A DNA stretch of 63,763 bases from an uncultured Alphaproteobacteria bacterium (GTDB lineage: Bacteria > Pseudomonadota > Alphaproteobacteria > RF32 > CAG-239), in the NCBI GenBank assembly GCA_947588655.1, contig CANPYS010000005.1:1-63763 (forward strand), written 5' to 3'. The position numbers were made by a program, and so were the translations under genes. Positions 18,113-28,204 of the stretch are shown here, in pieces. Numbering within the stretch: the first letter of the stretch is position 1; each line of letters begins with the position of its first letter. A model generated the notes under the pieces. The model was not told the DNA's origin. It worked only from the letters and a program-made list of their open reading frames with translations, and ran no database searches.

Positions 18113-19372
18113 ATGTCAGAAATTATGAAACAGAAATTGCAAATTTTTTTAATAATCGTATTTTCATTTTTATCAGCGTCTTGGGCAAAGGCTTCTGAGC
18201 CCTCAGACTTTGCAAAATATTTTGAGGTGGATTTAGACGCCCCGATTCCTGATTTGCAAGCTTTAGAGCATGAGTTTGAAAAGGCAACCGATGTTTATAA
18301 TCCGCGCTATCTTTTAAGCTGGGATATGGGCACATCGTTTGACCCTATTTGGGTTGCCACCATTACAAAGTTTGGTTTGTCTGAAACGCGCATAAAAGCC
18401 GCCGGCGAAGATAGCCTTTATGATATGATTAAAGCCATGCCATCCGAATATTATCCGTACATTGGACCGCAACTGCACATTTCACAAGGCATTTCAGAAA
18501 AAATTGTCAATATGCCAGGCATCAAGGAAACAAAACATCAATTTCCAAGCCGCATTGCACCGCAACTTGCCGACATTGAAGATTTGCAGTTTTTATCGCC
18601 TCAGCTTTATTTGCTTTTAATGCCCGAAGTTTGGCCTTCAAACATTAAGCCGACCGACGCGCCCCGCCGCCGACCAGCGCAGTTACCGCGCGTTTACACG
18701 CCTCAAAACGTTTTTCAAAATGCTTTTGCCAATGTGCCTGAAAACGGCTTTGGTGGCAGATCGCGCACCGAACAGGGCTTGAGTGCGGACAACTTGCGCA
18801 CCTTACACATAACAAAAACATCGCCTTTAACAAGCGCCGATGTGCTTGCTTTTTTAGATACGCTTGACGGCGTGGAGTCGTTTGGCACGCTTTCAAATTT
18901 GGTTAAAATCAGCCACGCGGGAGCGCTTTTAGATTTTTGGGAGCAATTAAACGGCAAAGCAATTCCCTTAAACGGCTTAAAAGACGCGGTTAATCCGTGC
19001 CAACGCTTGGTTTTGAAAATGAAATGGGCGGGCATTCATAATCAGTTTGCGCAAAAAGTAGGCGCGCAGGGCTTTGACGTTGACGAATGGGCCTACACCT
19101 GCGACAAAACAATTAAGGCGTTCCGTGTGGCGCGGATTTCTTCGGCGACTTTAATTTTAATCAAAAACTATAAAAAAGGCGTTTATCGGCAGTGGATTGA
19201 TCCCTTAAAGCCTTTTTACCGCGACAATCAGTATGCAAGCATGCAAGCCGTGATTGAAATGAACAAAGCGCCCAAGCAAGACGTTTTAACAGCGCTTAAA
19301 AACGAGCGCGCTATTCTTGAAAAATTGCGTCCGTTCGGCAATACGCTTTTAACAGCGCCTATAGCGCAATAA
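18113..19372 (+). CDS. Secreted hypothetical protein
   Basis: Signal peptide ending AKA; long ORF with core-like codon usage. Confidence 0.7.
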   Translation: MSEIMKQKLQIFLIIVFSFLSASWAKASEPSDFAKYFEVDLDAPIPDLQALEHEFEKATDVYNPRYLLSWDMGTSFDPIWVATITKFGLSETRIKAAGEDSLYDMIKAMPSEYYPYIGPQLHISQGISEKIVNMPGIKETKHQFPSRIAPQLADIEDLQFLSPQLYLLLMPEVWPSNIKPTDAPRRRPAQLPRVYTPQNVFQNAFANVPENGFGGRSRTEQGLSADNLRTLHITKTSPLTSADVLAFLDTLDGVESFGTLSNLVKISHAGALLDFWEQLNGKAIPLNGLKDAVNPCQRLVLKMKWAGIHNQFAQKVGAQGFDVDEWAYTCDKTIKAFRVARISSATLILIKNYKKGVYRQWIDPLKPFYRDNQYASMQAVIEMNKAPKQDVLTALKNERAILEKLRPFGNTLLTAPIAQ

Positions 19373-19447
19373 ATTTTTTAAAAAACTGTTGCATTTGATT
19401 CAAAATGTTTGTATAAGAAGTAAAATTTTAACATTTGGAGATAAAAA

Positions 19448-19921
19448 ATGGCTCGTGTTACCGTTGAAGATTGTGTTGATAAAATTCCAAACCGCTATGA
19501 GCTTTTAATGGTTGCCGCCCAACGCGCAAAAGATATTGAAGGGGGCGCAACCTTGCATGTGAATCGCGATAACGATAAAAACGCGGTTGTCGCCTTGCGC
19601 GAAATTGCGGAAAATAAAATCAGCATTGAAGATTTGCAAAAATCTTTGGTTCTTAATCTGCAAAAGTACGTTGAAGTTGAAGAACCCGAAGAAGAGGAAA
19701 TGGAAATTTCTGCCGCTGAGAAAGAATTGGCCGATTTGGACAATCAGTTTGATAGCTCCATGCTCTTGGAGACGGATGTCACCGACTCCATGCAAATCCG
19801 CGATGAGGAAGAAAATTTGGACGTAGACGAAGATTCTTCCTTTGATGATGATCTTGACGAAGATGACTTTGGCGATGAAGATGCCGCGGACGATTTTGCC
19901 GATGATAATGACGATTTTTAA
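19448..19921 (+). CDS. rpoZ: RNA polymerase omega subunit with acidic tail
   Basis: [19 protein letters not shown]...VVALREI. Confidence 0.97.
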   Translation: MARVTVEDCVDKIPNRYELLMVAAQRAKDIEGGATLHVNRDNDKNAVVALREIAENKISIEDLQKSLVLNLQKYVEVEEPEEEEMEISAAEKELADLDNQFDSSMLLETDVTDSMQIRDEEENLDVDEDSSFDDDLDEDDFGDEDAADDFADDNDDF

Positions 19922-20019
19922 GCAAAATTAACCTTTTGCCTTTATGATAAACAGGATATGCAAAATATCCTGTTTATTTTTTTAATAAATTAGGATAATA
20001 TGTTTATCAGTGAGGCACA

Positions 20020-22155
20020 ATGTTAAGACAGTATGAACTGGTTGATTTAGTTAAATCATACGATCCTGAGGCGGATGAAGACGCCTTGAACAGGGCGTAT
20101 GTTTTTGCGATGAAAAAACACGGCGGACAGTTGCGGAACTCGGGCGACCCCTATTATTCACACCCGATTGAAGTGGCCGGTATTTTAACAAAGTTTAAGT
20201 TAGACGCCTCATCTATTATTGCCGGCCTTTTGCATGATACGGTTGAAGATACAGACACAACCGTTGAAGAAGTCCGCGAGCTTTTTGGCGACCAAGTCGC
20301 AAGCTTAGTTGACGGCTTAACAAAACTTGCCTTGATTGAACAAAAATCAGGCAGTAGCAAACAGGCGGAAAACTTCCGAAAACTTTTGCTTGCCATGTCT
20401 GATGACATTCGCGTTCTGCTCATTAAATTGGCCGACAGACTCCATAATATGCGCACGCTCCACTTCTGCGCGGAAGAAAAACGAATGCGCATTGCCAAAG
20501 AAACGCTTGATATTTATGCCCCTTTGGCGGAGCGCATCGGCATGCAGGAAGTTAAGGACGAGCTTGAAGAAATTGCTTTTGCTGAACTACACAAAGAAGC
20601 GCACGATTCCATTGTGGCGCGCCTGAACTTTTTGCGTGAACAAGGCAGTAATATAGTCCCTAAAATTATTGCCGAGCTTGAAAAAGATATGGCTGAAAAT
20701 GACATCAAAGCCACCGTAACTGGTCGTGAAAAAGCCCCTTATTCCATTTGGCGCAAAATGCAGCAGAAAAACGCCTCGTTTGAGCAGCTTTCCGATATTA
20801 TGGCGTTTCGGATTTGTGTGGAAGATGTGGCGACTTGCTATCAAGCTTTGGGTATCATTCACAGCAAATATCACATGGTGCCGCGCCGTTTTAAAGACTA
20901 TATTTCAACGCCAAAGCCCAATGGTTATCAATCTATTCACACAGGCGTTATCGGGCCCTTAAACACGCGCATTGAAATTCAAATCCGCACCTACGAAATG
21001 CACGAAATTGCTGAAAAAGGCGTTGCCGCGCATTGGGCTTATAAGCAAGGGCAACGCGCTGAAGGGCGCAATTTCAGGTGGATGCGCGAGCTCTTAGAAA
21101 TTTTGGATCAGGCTGAAAATCCCGAAGAGTTCTTGGAAAACACCAAGCTTGAAATGTATAATGATCAAGTTTTTTGCTTTACCCCAAAAGGCGATTTGAT
21201 TGGCCTGCCACGCGGCTCCACACCGGTTGATTTTGCTTATGCCGTCCACTCTTATGTCGGCGATACTTGCGTTGGCGCGCGCGTCAACGGCGAAATTGCA
21301 CCGTTAAGAACGGTTTTGCACAACGGCGATCAGGTTGAAATTTTGACATCTAAAGCGCAACACCCTTCCACCGAATGGGAGCGCTTTGTCATAACAGGCA
21401 AGGCAAAAGCCGCTATTCGCCGTTATGTGCGCAACACCCAACGCGAACAGTTTGTCAACCTTGGGCGCGAAATGCTTGAACGCTTGTTCAAGGGCGAAAA
21501 TCAAGAGCTTTCGGATAAAGTTTTAGTCGGCATTATGCAAAATTTTGAGGCCGAAACAATTGATGACATTTATGCCAAAGTCGGCGAAGGGCTCGTGACA
21601 GGTTGGGACGTTTTGAAAGCGGCTTATCCGGCTTATAAGCAATCTAAGCTTGATAAAATGGTTAAATCTATTAAGGTGCCGAATTTCCATAAAAAGAAAA
21701 AGACCGAACCGCTTAAAATTAAGGGGCTTATTGCCGATATGGCGGTGCATTTTGCGGGTTGTTGCCACCCGTTGCCTGGCGATAGAATTGTTGGCATTGT
21801 AACCACGGGCAAAGGTGTGGCGGTGCATACCATTAACTGCAAGGCGCTTGAAAAATACACCAACGAACCCGAACGTTGGCTTGATATTGATTGGGGCGAC
21901 GAGGCTTCTCAAGAATTTCACACCGCGCGCATTAAGGTTATGCTTTCTAACGAACCCGGCGCTTTGGGCGAGCTTTCTAATCTAATTGCGCGGCAAGAAG
22001 CAAACATTTCTAACTTGAATATTGTTTATCGCACATTAAGTTATTTTGAAATCCTGATTGATATTGAGGTTAAAGATTTGGAACACCTAAACGAAATTAT
22101 CTCCATTCTGAAAAACTCAAAAGTCATCAGTTATGTTTCAAGAGCCAATACTTAA
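20020..22155 (+). CDS. spoT: Bifunctional (p)ppGpp synthetase/hydrolase
   Basis: HD motif LLHDTVED, KLADRLHNMRT, EIQIRT, TGS and ACT domains. Confidence 0.95.
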   Translation: MLRQYELVDLVKSYDPEADEDALNRAYVFAMKKHGGQLRNSGDPYYSHPIEVAGILTKFKLDASSIIAGLLHDTVEDTDTTVEEVRELFGDQVASLVDGLTKLALIEQKSGSSKQAENFRKLLLAMSDDIRVLLIKLADRLHNMRTLHFCAEEKRMRIAKETLDIYAPLAERIGMQEVKDELEEIAFAELHKEAHDSIVARLNFLREQGSNIVPKIIAELEKDMAENDIKATVTGREKAPYSIWRKMQQKNASFEQLSDIMAFRICVEDVATCYQALGIIHSKYHMVPRRFKDYISTPKPNGYQSIHTGVIGPLNTRIEIQIRTYEMHEIAEKGVAAHWAYKQGQRAEGRNFRWMRELLEILDQAENPEEFLENTKLEMYNDQVFCFTPKGDLIGLPRGSTPVDFAYAVHSYVGDTCVGARVNGEIAPLRTVLHNGDQVEILTSKAQHPSTEWERFVITGKAKAAIRRYVRNTQREQFVNLGREMLERLFKGENQELSDKVLVGIMQNFEAETIDDIYAKVGEGLVTGWDVLKAAYPAYKQSKLDKMVKSIKVPNFHKKKKTEPLKIKGLIADMAVHFAGCCHPLPGDRIVGIVTTGKGVAVHTINCKALEKYTNEPERWLDIDWGDEASQEFHTARIKVMLSNEPGALGELSNLIARQEANISNLNIVYRTLSYFEILIDIEVKDLEHLNEIISILKNSKVISYVSRANT

Positions 22156-22167
22156 GAGAGCGATACA

Positions 22168-22644
22168 TTGATTAAAAAAATTCGTTTATATCTTGACGAC
22201 CTTTTTGCAAAATTAAAGAGCTTAAAGGTTGGCATTTACGCCGTTTCAGCAGGTTTTGCTTGTGGCGCAGCAATTTCATTGACGCCCTTTGTAGGGTTTC
22301 ATCTGATTTTAGCGGCGCTCACGGCCCTTATTTTGCGTGCAAGCGTTGTGGCTAGCGCCTTAGGAACAGTTGTCGGCAATCCATGGACATTTGCTTTTAT
22401 CTGGCCTTTAACGCTTTATACAGGGCGCTTTATTTTACACCAACCCTTAAGCGAGCAAACAAATTTTGAGCTTTTGTTTCATAAATTATTTTATGCCTTT
22501 ATCCACGCCGATTGGGCTTTGCTTTTAAACGATGTGTGGCCAATTTTATACCCGATGATTGTGGGTTGCATTCCGTATTATATTGTGGTATGGTTTATCA
22601 GTTATAAAATTGTCAAACACTTTATGCAAAAGAGAAAGCTATGA
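22168..22644 (+). CDS. DUF2062 family membrane protein
   Basis: GFACGAAISLTPFVGFH...GNPWT. Confidence 0.75.
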   Translation: MIKKIRLYLDDLFAKLKSLKVGIYAVSAGFACGAAISLTPFVGFHLILAALTALILRASVVASALGTVVGNPWTFAFIWPLTLYTGRFILHQPLSEQTNFELLFHKLFYAFIHADWALLLNDVWPILYPMIVGCIPYYIVVWFISYKIVKHFMQKRKL

Positions 22645-23027
22645 TTTTGGGTATTGGAACAGACCTTGTTAATGTGACGCGGCTTGAAAAGTCAGAAGAT
22701 TTTTTAAACAGATTCATCAAGCGCGCCCTAACCTTTAAAGAAGAGCAGATTATGGAGCGCCGCGCGTTGATTGATCCTAAAATGCGCGCGCTATTTGTCG
22801 CCAAACGGTTTGCTGGTAAAGAAGCGGTTGTTAAAGCGCTTGGCACAGGTTTTCGGGACGGGCTTTTTTTAACGGATATTGAAATTTTAAATGACGAACT
22901 CGGCAAGCCTTATGTGCGCTTATCCGGCACGGCGGCGCAAATTGCCAAAGCGCGCCACATTTCGCAAGTTTTGGTAAGTTTAACAGATGAATATCCTTTA
23001 GCAATGGCCCAAGCAATTGCAATTTAA
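22641..23027 (+). CDS. acpS: Holo-ACP synthase
   Basis: ILGIGTDLV...KRFAGKEAVVKALGTG...GKP. Confidence 0.95.
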   Translation: MILGIGTDLVNVTRLEKSEDFLNRFIKRALTFKEEQIMERRALIDPKMRALFVAKRFAGKEAVVKALGTGFRDGLFLTDIEILNDELGKPYVRLSGTAAQIAKARHISQVLVSLTDEYPLAMAQAIAI

Positions 23028-23110
23028 GGTTAAATAAAGAAGCTCTAAGATTTTAAAATTGTTGACTTTTTCTAAAAAAGCGCGTATATACAAAAGCAAG
23101 GAAGGTAAAG

Positions 23111-23491
23111 ATGAGGTACACACCGCCACCATACGAAGAATACATCAAAGACTGGAAAATTGATAAAAAGAATATCCGGTTAAAGCATATCTGTGGTTTT
23201 GAAGGAGGATGGTTACCGCTTAGTATTCGCCCAAGTGGCGTAGAACCTTCTATTTTAGTAAATCACAAAAGGTTTGCCAAATTTGATAAGCTTTTAAATC
23301 AACGAGGTATAACAGAACAAGCGGATCACGAGCGTGCAATATACGACTTATTGCGCCAAGTAGAAGAAATTTTTCTCAGAGACATCAAGCCTTTATTACG
23401 TCAAAGATATCATGGCGCTCTTTGGCAACCTGTTTCTAACCAATCTCAACCGGCTGTCAATACTTTCCACCGCATCAATGAAGGTCGGTAA
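23111..23491 (+). CDS. Hypothetical protein
   Basis: Own TTGACT/TATATA promoter and AAGGAAGG RBS. Confidence 0.6.
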   Translation: MRYTPPPYEEYIKDWKIDKKNIRLKHICGFEGGWLPLSIRPSGVEPSILVNHKRFAKFDKLLNQRGITEQADHERAIYDLLRQVEEIFLRDIKPLLRQRYHGALWQPVSNQSQPAVNTFHRINEGR

Positions 23492-23508
23492 ACTTTTTTC
23501 AAATTTTA

Positions 23509-23673
23509 TTACCACGGAACGCCGTTAATGCACTTATCCGGGTGCTGCTCGCAAAAGTTTGTTTCATGCTCTGCGCCCATATTGTGCAAGCGTTGCCTTT
23601 TAGCCGAAAATTCGCCCGCTTTAACGCAACCACATAACAACAAAACAAACATCATCAAAAGAGCTTTTTTCAT
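23509..23673 (-). CDS. Small lipoprotein
   Basis: MKKALL...LCGC lipobox; C-terminal Cys pair. Confidence 0.6.
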   Translation of the reverse strand: MKKALLMMFVLLLCGCVKAGEFSAKRQRLHNMGAEHETNFCEQHPDKCINGVPW

Positions 23674-23680
23674 CACAACC

Positions 23681-24049
23681 TCACAACCCAAATTTAAGAC
23701 CGATATAAATCACCACAAAAATCATAAGTTTAGCAATCCGCCGCACCCAAATACTTTTATCATACTCATTCGCGCTACGCCACACGCCAAAAATCAACAT
23801 CACGCTATACATAACCAAAATGGCGGCAAAAACAAAATAACCAATTGTATATAACAGCATTGCGCTGTCCATATTCAAAAACTTAAAAACATGCAAATAA
23901 TAATAGCCAAGCGTCATCCCTTTAAGTTTTTGGAGCAAAAAAGATTTAAAAATTTTGCAAACAAGCGCCACCGCAAAAATGCCAAAAACGCCAAACTTCC
24001 AAAAAGTTTCTTTAAGCGAAAATTTTCCGTAAACCAAGTTCCCAAACAT
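23681..24049 (-). CDS. Hypothetical membrane protein
   Basis: Three hydrophobic segments; GxxSLxETFW and GVWRSA motifs. Confidence 0.7.
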   Translation of the reverse strand: MFGNLVYGKFSLKETFWKFGVFGIFAVALVCKIFKSFLLQKLKGMTLGYYYLHVFKFLNMDSAMLLYTIGYFVFAAILVMYSVMLIFGVWRSANEYDKSIWVRRIAKLMIFVVIYIGLKFGL

Positions 24050-24127
24050 TGCAAAGTCCTTTCAGTTTTTGGTAACATAACATCTTTTTATGCGCTTGTC
24101 ATCAAAAATCGGCAAGAATGAATAGAA

Positions 24128-24156
24128 TTGACAAGGAAAGAATTTAGGTGTATAAA
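24128..24156 (+). promoter_or_regulatory. Sigma70 promoter of putative toxin mRNA
   Basis: TTGACA, 17 bp spacer ending in TG, TATAAA. Confidence 0.7.
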
Positions 24157-24228
24157 AAATACGCCCGACGCGGTAACGTCGGACGTTTATTTAACTAGAA
24201 AGGGTTAAACCCATCTTTAACTCATTCT
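24152..24228 (-). ncRNA. Putative cis-antisense antitoxin sRNA (about 75 nt)
   Basis: Minus-strand promoter TTGACT (24263-24258), 17 bp, TATCTT; ends in hairpin ACGTCCGACG-ttaccg-CGTCGGGCGT followed by a U-tract. Confidence 0.55.
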
Positions 24229-24341
24229 TAGTTAAAGATAACCTATTTTTTTTCAAAAGTCAAGTATTTTTTCTTAAACTTTTAATAAAATAGGGTGGGT
24301 TTTTCTCTTTCCAACCGCCTGTAAGGGCTGAAAGGAAAGAA

Positions 24342-24404
24342 ATGGTAATAAAACTTATTATTATCATTCGGAAAATCCGAATTTTCTTTTCTATTAAAAA
24401 TTAA
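24342..24404 (+). CDS. Putative type I toxin peptide MVIKLIIIIRKIRIFFSIKN
   Basis: AAAGGAAAG SD with upstream anti-SD TTCTCTTTCC; hydrophobic/cationic 20 aa; double stop. Confidence 0.55.
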   Translation: MVIKLIIIIRKIRIFFSIKN

Positions 24405-24417
24405 TAGTCTAGAAAGG

Positions 24418-24444
24418 CAAGGGGCGCAAGCCCCTTGTTTATTT
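24418..24444. terminator. Intrinsic terminator
   Basis: CAAGGGGC-gcaa-GCCCCTTG followed by TTTATTT. Confidence 0.75.
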
Positions 24445-24448
24445 ATCC

Positions 24449-26140
24449 TCAAAAATCGGCAACAAGGCGGATATACGGTTTAAGTCCCAAGCTTTTTTGG
24501 CACTGCGCAATATACGCATTAAGCTCGCCCCAACTGCTCCAACGATTTATAAATTCTTCAGCCGACTGACTTGAGCGCGAGAGCTGAACTTCAATTGTTT
24601 TTTTGAGCAAAGCATATACAACAGGCTGAATTTTTTCAAACCGAATATGAAGTTTTTTATTTTCATCAAAGAAAATCGCCTCATTTTCCAAAAGGAAATT
24701 AAATTCAATCAAATCCGCCACGCGATGCGGCTTTGAAAGCACGGGTTTTGCTTGCAAAAACAGGCTCAAAACCCAAGTGGCATAAATTTTTTTCAAATCA
24801 TCGCCCGAATATTGTTCGTGCATAAAGGCAATAGAAACGGTATTTGCCTTGTGTTCTTCAATCACATGCTGATAAACACCCAGTGCGTTTTTATACGAAT
24901 TATCAGGCCCGAGCGAATGCCCATTTTCATGCCCAATCACAAAATAATGCCTTGATTCCACATCAATATAAGCATGCAATTCGGGCGCGACCAACATATC
25001 CAAAATTTTTTGCTGACGTTCTAAATCTACCGCCGCGCGCACCTGCCGATGATAAACGTTGCGCCGCCCCAAACCGCGCTGAACGGCAAGTTTATCGTCA
25101 TTTGGCAGATTTTGCGCCGTGGTAATGCCACCGCGACACATTGCATAATCGCCGGTTAAAAGCGCCAAGTCGGCGTCAACCATAGTTTGCTTCACATCAT
25201 GACGAACAGATTGCTTGTAACAATCCGCAAAAGGCATTTGAAGCGCCAACAACGGCAACCCTTTTTGCGATTCCAAAATTAAATTTGTACCCGATAAATT
25301 CAAAAACCCCACGCGACAACCGAGCGTATCTTTAGAAACAACCTGAATATCATTTTGTTTTAAAATATCAGCAAGTAAAGGATAATCATAAACTGTGCCG
25401 GTCATTTCATCTTCATAATTTTCGCGCGAGATTGTAAATTCTATAGCATTAAATTGCATTTGCGCCCAATGTTCATCTGCCAAAGCGTCCATTTCGGGAT
25501 TGTTCTGCAAAAGCGCCTGCGCCTGCCAGCCAAGATAATCTTTTAAAAGCGAATCAGTCGTATAATGCGCCGCCACTTCCAACTCATTTGCAATATCTGA
25601 AAAAGCCTGCGCAAAATATTCGGTATAATCTATAGCCTTTAACAGACTTCCCTCGCGCCTAACCATTGTCCGCGCCGACAAAATCCGCCTGATTTCATCA
25701 ATCATGCCTTTTTGCGCCATTTTAATAAGAATTTGTTGAAATTCCTCAACGCTCAAATCCGCCGGATAAAAATTGCGTCCTTTCAAAAGCGGCAAGCCCT
25801 TAAAAATCTGCACAGGTTCAGGATCAATGCCGTTCAAACCGGCAACACCGTTTAAGCTTTTAAAAAGTTTGAGCGCCTTAGCGGCATATTCGCTATGCAA
25901 AGCCTCGGTTTCAAGAGCTTTCAGCAAGGGACGATTAAGCGCGTTATCTTGTTCCAAAGCCACGTCATTTATCAAATGCGCCGCGCGGCAAAGGTGTTCA
26001 AAAGCCTTTTTATCGCCCTCACTAAGCGCCTGATAAGCCGCAAAATTATGCGTGACCAACTTAATCTCGCGCGTTTGTTTTTCCAAAATATGATTTAGTT
26101 CTTCTTCGCTCAAATTAAGCTCATAACCGTTAATTTTCAT
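24449..26140 (-). CDS. Peptidase M49 (dipeptidyl peptidase III-like)
   Basis: NFYPADL, AQNLPND, HENGH, IEEHKA. Confidence 0.8.
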   Translation of the reverse strand: MKINGYELNLSEEELNHILEKQTREIKLVTHNFAAYQALSEGDKKAFEHLCRAAHLINDVALEQDNALNRPLLKALETEALHSEYAAKALKLFKSLNGVAGLNGIDPEPVQIFKGLPLLKGRNFYPADLSVEEFQQILIKMAQKGMIDEIRRILSARTMVRREGSLLKAIDYTEYFAQAFSDIANELEVAAHYTTDSLLKDYLGWQAQALLQNNPEMDALADEHWAQMQFNAIEFTISRENYEDEMTGTVYDYPLLADILKQNDIQVVSKDTLGCRVGFLNLSGTNLILESQKGLPLLALQMPFADCYKQSVRHDVKQTMVDADLALLTGDYAMCRGGITTAQNLPNDDKLAVQRGLGRRNVYHRQVRAAVDLERQQKILDMLVAPELHAYIDVESRHYFVIGHENGHSLGPDNSYKNALGVYQHVIEEHKANTVSIAFMHEQYSGDDLKKIYATWVLSLFLQAKPVLSKPHRVADLIEFNFLLENEAIFFDENKKLHIRFEKIQPVVYALLKKTIEVQLSRSSQSAEEFINRWSSWGELNAYIAQCQKSLGLKPYIRLVADF

Positions 26141-27272
26141 CGTTTAAAACCTCCACCGCGCGGAACAAATAAATTTTATCATCAGGCGACCAATAATCAG
26201 GGCTCAAGCCAGCTTTAACCCTTAAAGCTTTCAAAAAGCCCTCTTTTGTTGGATAATTTTGCCACTCATAGGGCATAAGATAAGCTTTCCGGCGTCCATT
26301 AACAATCTTCAAGCCGTCTTTTTGTGAAACAAGAGAATCCAAAAACGCATCTTGAGATGAAATTTTATTTTCAAAAAACGAGGTCAAAACCCAAAGACTA
26401 TAATGCCCTTGGGAAGCCAAACGCCGCGCCTTTTCCTGATAAGTCGCAAGCAACCGAATAAACGCATATTCGTCATCAAGCGCGCCAAATTCAAACACAT
26501 CGCCGTTTTCATTTACGACATGCGCCGCAAGAACGGCTTTATCAAACAAAGGACGCGGCGCGTTTTCAAAATCTTGAACAAAGCGCTTAAAATCATCTTT
26601 AAAATCATTGACATACGCTTTCAGATTTTCTTCTTCCGCCGCCAGTTCAAAATAAAGTGGCGGACGATTTTTATTTTCAATTTCTTCAAGCGATTCGCCC
26701 TTAACCAGATTAAACACCCGCGGACGCAAATTTTGCTTTCGCGCCATATTTTCCATAGCCTTAACGCCGGCTGTTTTTTCCGCTGAATCCAAATTTTCAA
26801 GCCAAAGAATAAGGGCTTGTTCTTTGCCTAATGACTTTTCCAACACATTTTGAAGCTTTTCTGCCGACATCTGATGATAAACAACCACATCGGCCACATT
26901 TGAAAGCGCGTTTTCAAGTTCCGGCGCGTTATTTTGAAGAACAAGTTTTAAGGGCTTGTTTTGAGCATAAATTTGGACAACTTTCAGCGCGAAGTCAAAA
27001 ATTTCAGAATCTTCTGCCATGCGTGATTTCGGCAAAACAATCATTTTCGCGCTTTTATCTAAAACGGTTTCATAAACCGCCAAAGGCGCGGGATAGCGAA
27101 ATTTCATCAGAATATCTTCAGGTGTCTGATAAGCCGCCACACGCGTAGGATTCACGCTGATAAAGCGCTTAAAACACAAGCCGTTATAAAAAACAAACAG
27201 AGCCAAAGCCAACGCTAATGCGGTTTGCTTCAAACGCCTAATTAAAATTTCACGTTTATAATTTTGCAACAT
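26130..27272 (-). CDS. Membrane-anchored protein with degenerate C-terminal AMMECR1 domain
   Basis: DGLKI...AYLMPYEW...FLKALRVKAGL...DYW...FRA. Confidence 0.6.
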   Translation of the reverse strand: MLQNYKREILIRRLKQTALALALALFVFYNGLCFKRFISVNPTRVAAYQTPEDILMKFRYPAPLAVYETVLDKSAKMIVLPKSRMAEDSEIFDFALKVVQIYAQNKPLKLVLQNNAPELENALSNVADVVVYHQMSAEKLQNVLEKSLGKEQALILWLENLDSAEKTAGVKAMENMARKQNLRPRVFNLVKGESLEEIENKNRPPLYFELAAEEENLKAYVNDFKDDFKRFVQDFENAPRPLFDKAVLAAHVVNENGDVFEFGALDDEYAFIRLLATYQEKARRLASQGHYSLWVLTSFFENKISSQDAFLDSLVSQKDGLKIVNGRRKAYLMPYEWQNYPTKEGFLKALRVKAGLSPDYWSPDDKIYLFRAVEVLNDEN

Positions 27273-27286
27273 AACCCGAGTTTAAC

Positions 27287-27967
27287 TTATTTGGTTTCGG
27301 ATAAAAGCAGATTTTCATAAAAATCAACAAACGAATCAAAGTATAAAACATTTTTCTCGTGTTGCTCCGATTGTTCAAAAATAGGCAATCCAATGCGAAT
27401 AGCGCGTGCGCCGGCATTGAGCGCGCAAAGGCTATCAACCGAGCTATCGCCAACAACCCAAACGCTTTCGGGGCAAATTTCAGTGGGTTTCATAAAATCT
27501 TTTAAGGTAAAAATCAGATGATTGCCGTCGGGCTTATCAGCTTTAGCCTCATGCCCGCAGACAATGTTATCAAATAAATCCGGATTAAAAATTAAGGGCA
27601 ATTCATATTCCAAAAGTCGGCGGTCTTTGTTGGTCATAATCATCAACTTCACGCCGCGATTTTTCAAAAACTCAAGCACTTCGCGTGTTTTAGGAAAAGC
27701 CGAAATAAACCGCCGCACGTTTTGAAGATAAATTGCCGCATATTTTTCATAAGCCTCTTGAGCATTTTTACCAAAAATAAGCGGAAAATTATCCCGAAAC
27801 GAAAGGTTAGGATTACGCTTATGACAAACCTTATCCCAAGGTTCCAAACCATATTGCGGCAAAACCTGATTAACGGCATAAACAAGCGTGGAGCGACTTT
27901 CCGCAAGCGTGTTATCCCAATCAAAAACCGCGGCTTTCAAGCCCGAAATGTCTAAAACTTTTTTCAT
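27287..27967 (-). CDS. HAD-family phosphatase
   Basis: FDWDNTL, TNK, KPD, VGDSSVD. Confidence 0.9.
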   Translation of the reverse strand: MKKVLDISGLKAAVFDWDNTLAESRSTLVYAVNQVLPQYGLEPWDKVCHKRNPNLSFRDNFPLIFGKNAQEAYEKYAAIYLQNVRRFISAFPKTREVLEFLKNRGVKLMIMTNKDRRLLEYELPLIFNPDLFDNIVCGHEAKADKPDGNHLIFTLKDFMKPTEICPESVWVVGDSSVDSLCALNAGARAIRIGLPIFEQSEQHEKNVLYFDSFVDFYENLLLSETK

Positions 27968-28204
27968 AACACACAAAATAAGCCGTTTTAAAACAACTTT
28001 CAAGCTTAAAAATGCTTTGTGGTTACTGATTTTGCGGGGTTTAAAAAACATTGAAAAAAAACGAACGTCTGAAATCAATATATCTGAATGCTCTAAAGAT
28101 GTCAATATCTTTTATTTAAAAACATTGAAATTTAACGTTCCTTTTTTGACAATGTTTTTTAAAAAAGAAACGCTCTGAAGTGTAACTTTATAAAGGATAT
28201 AAAT

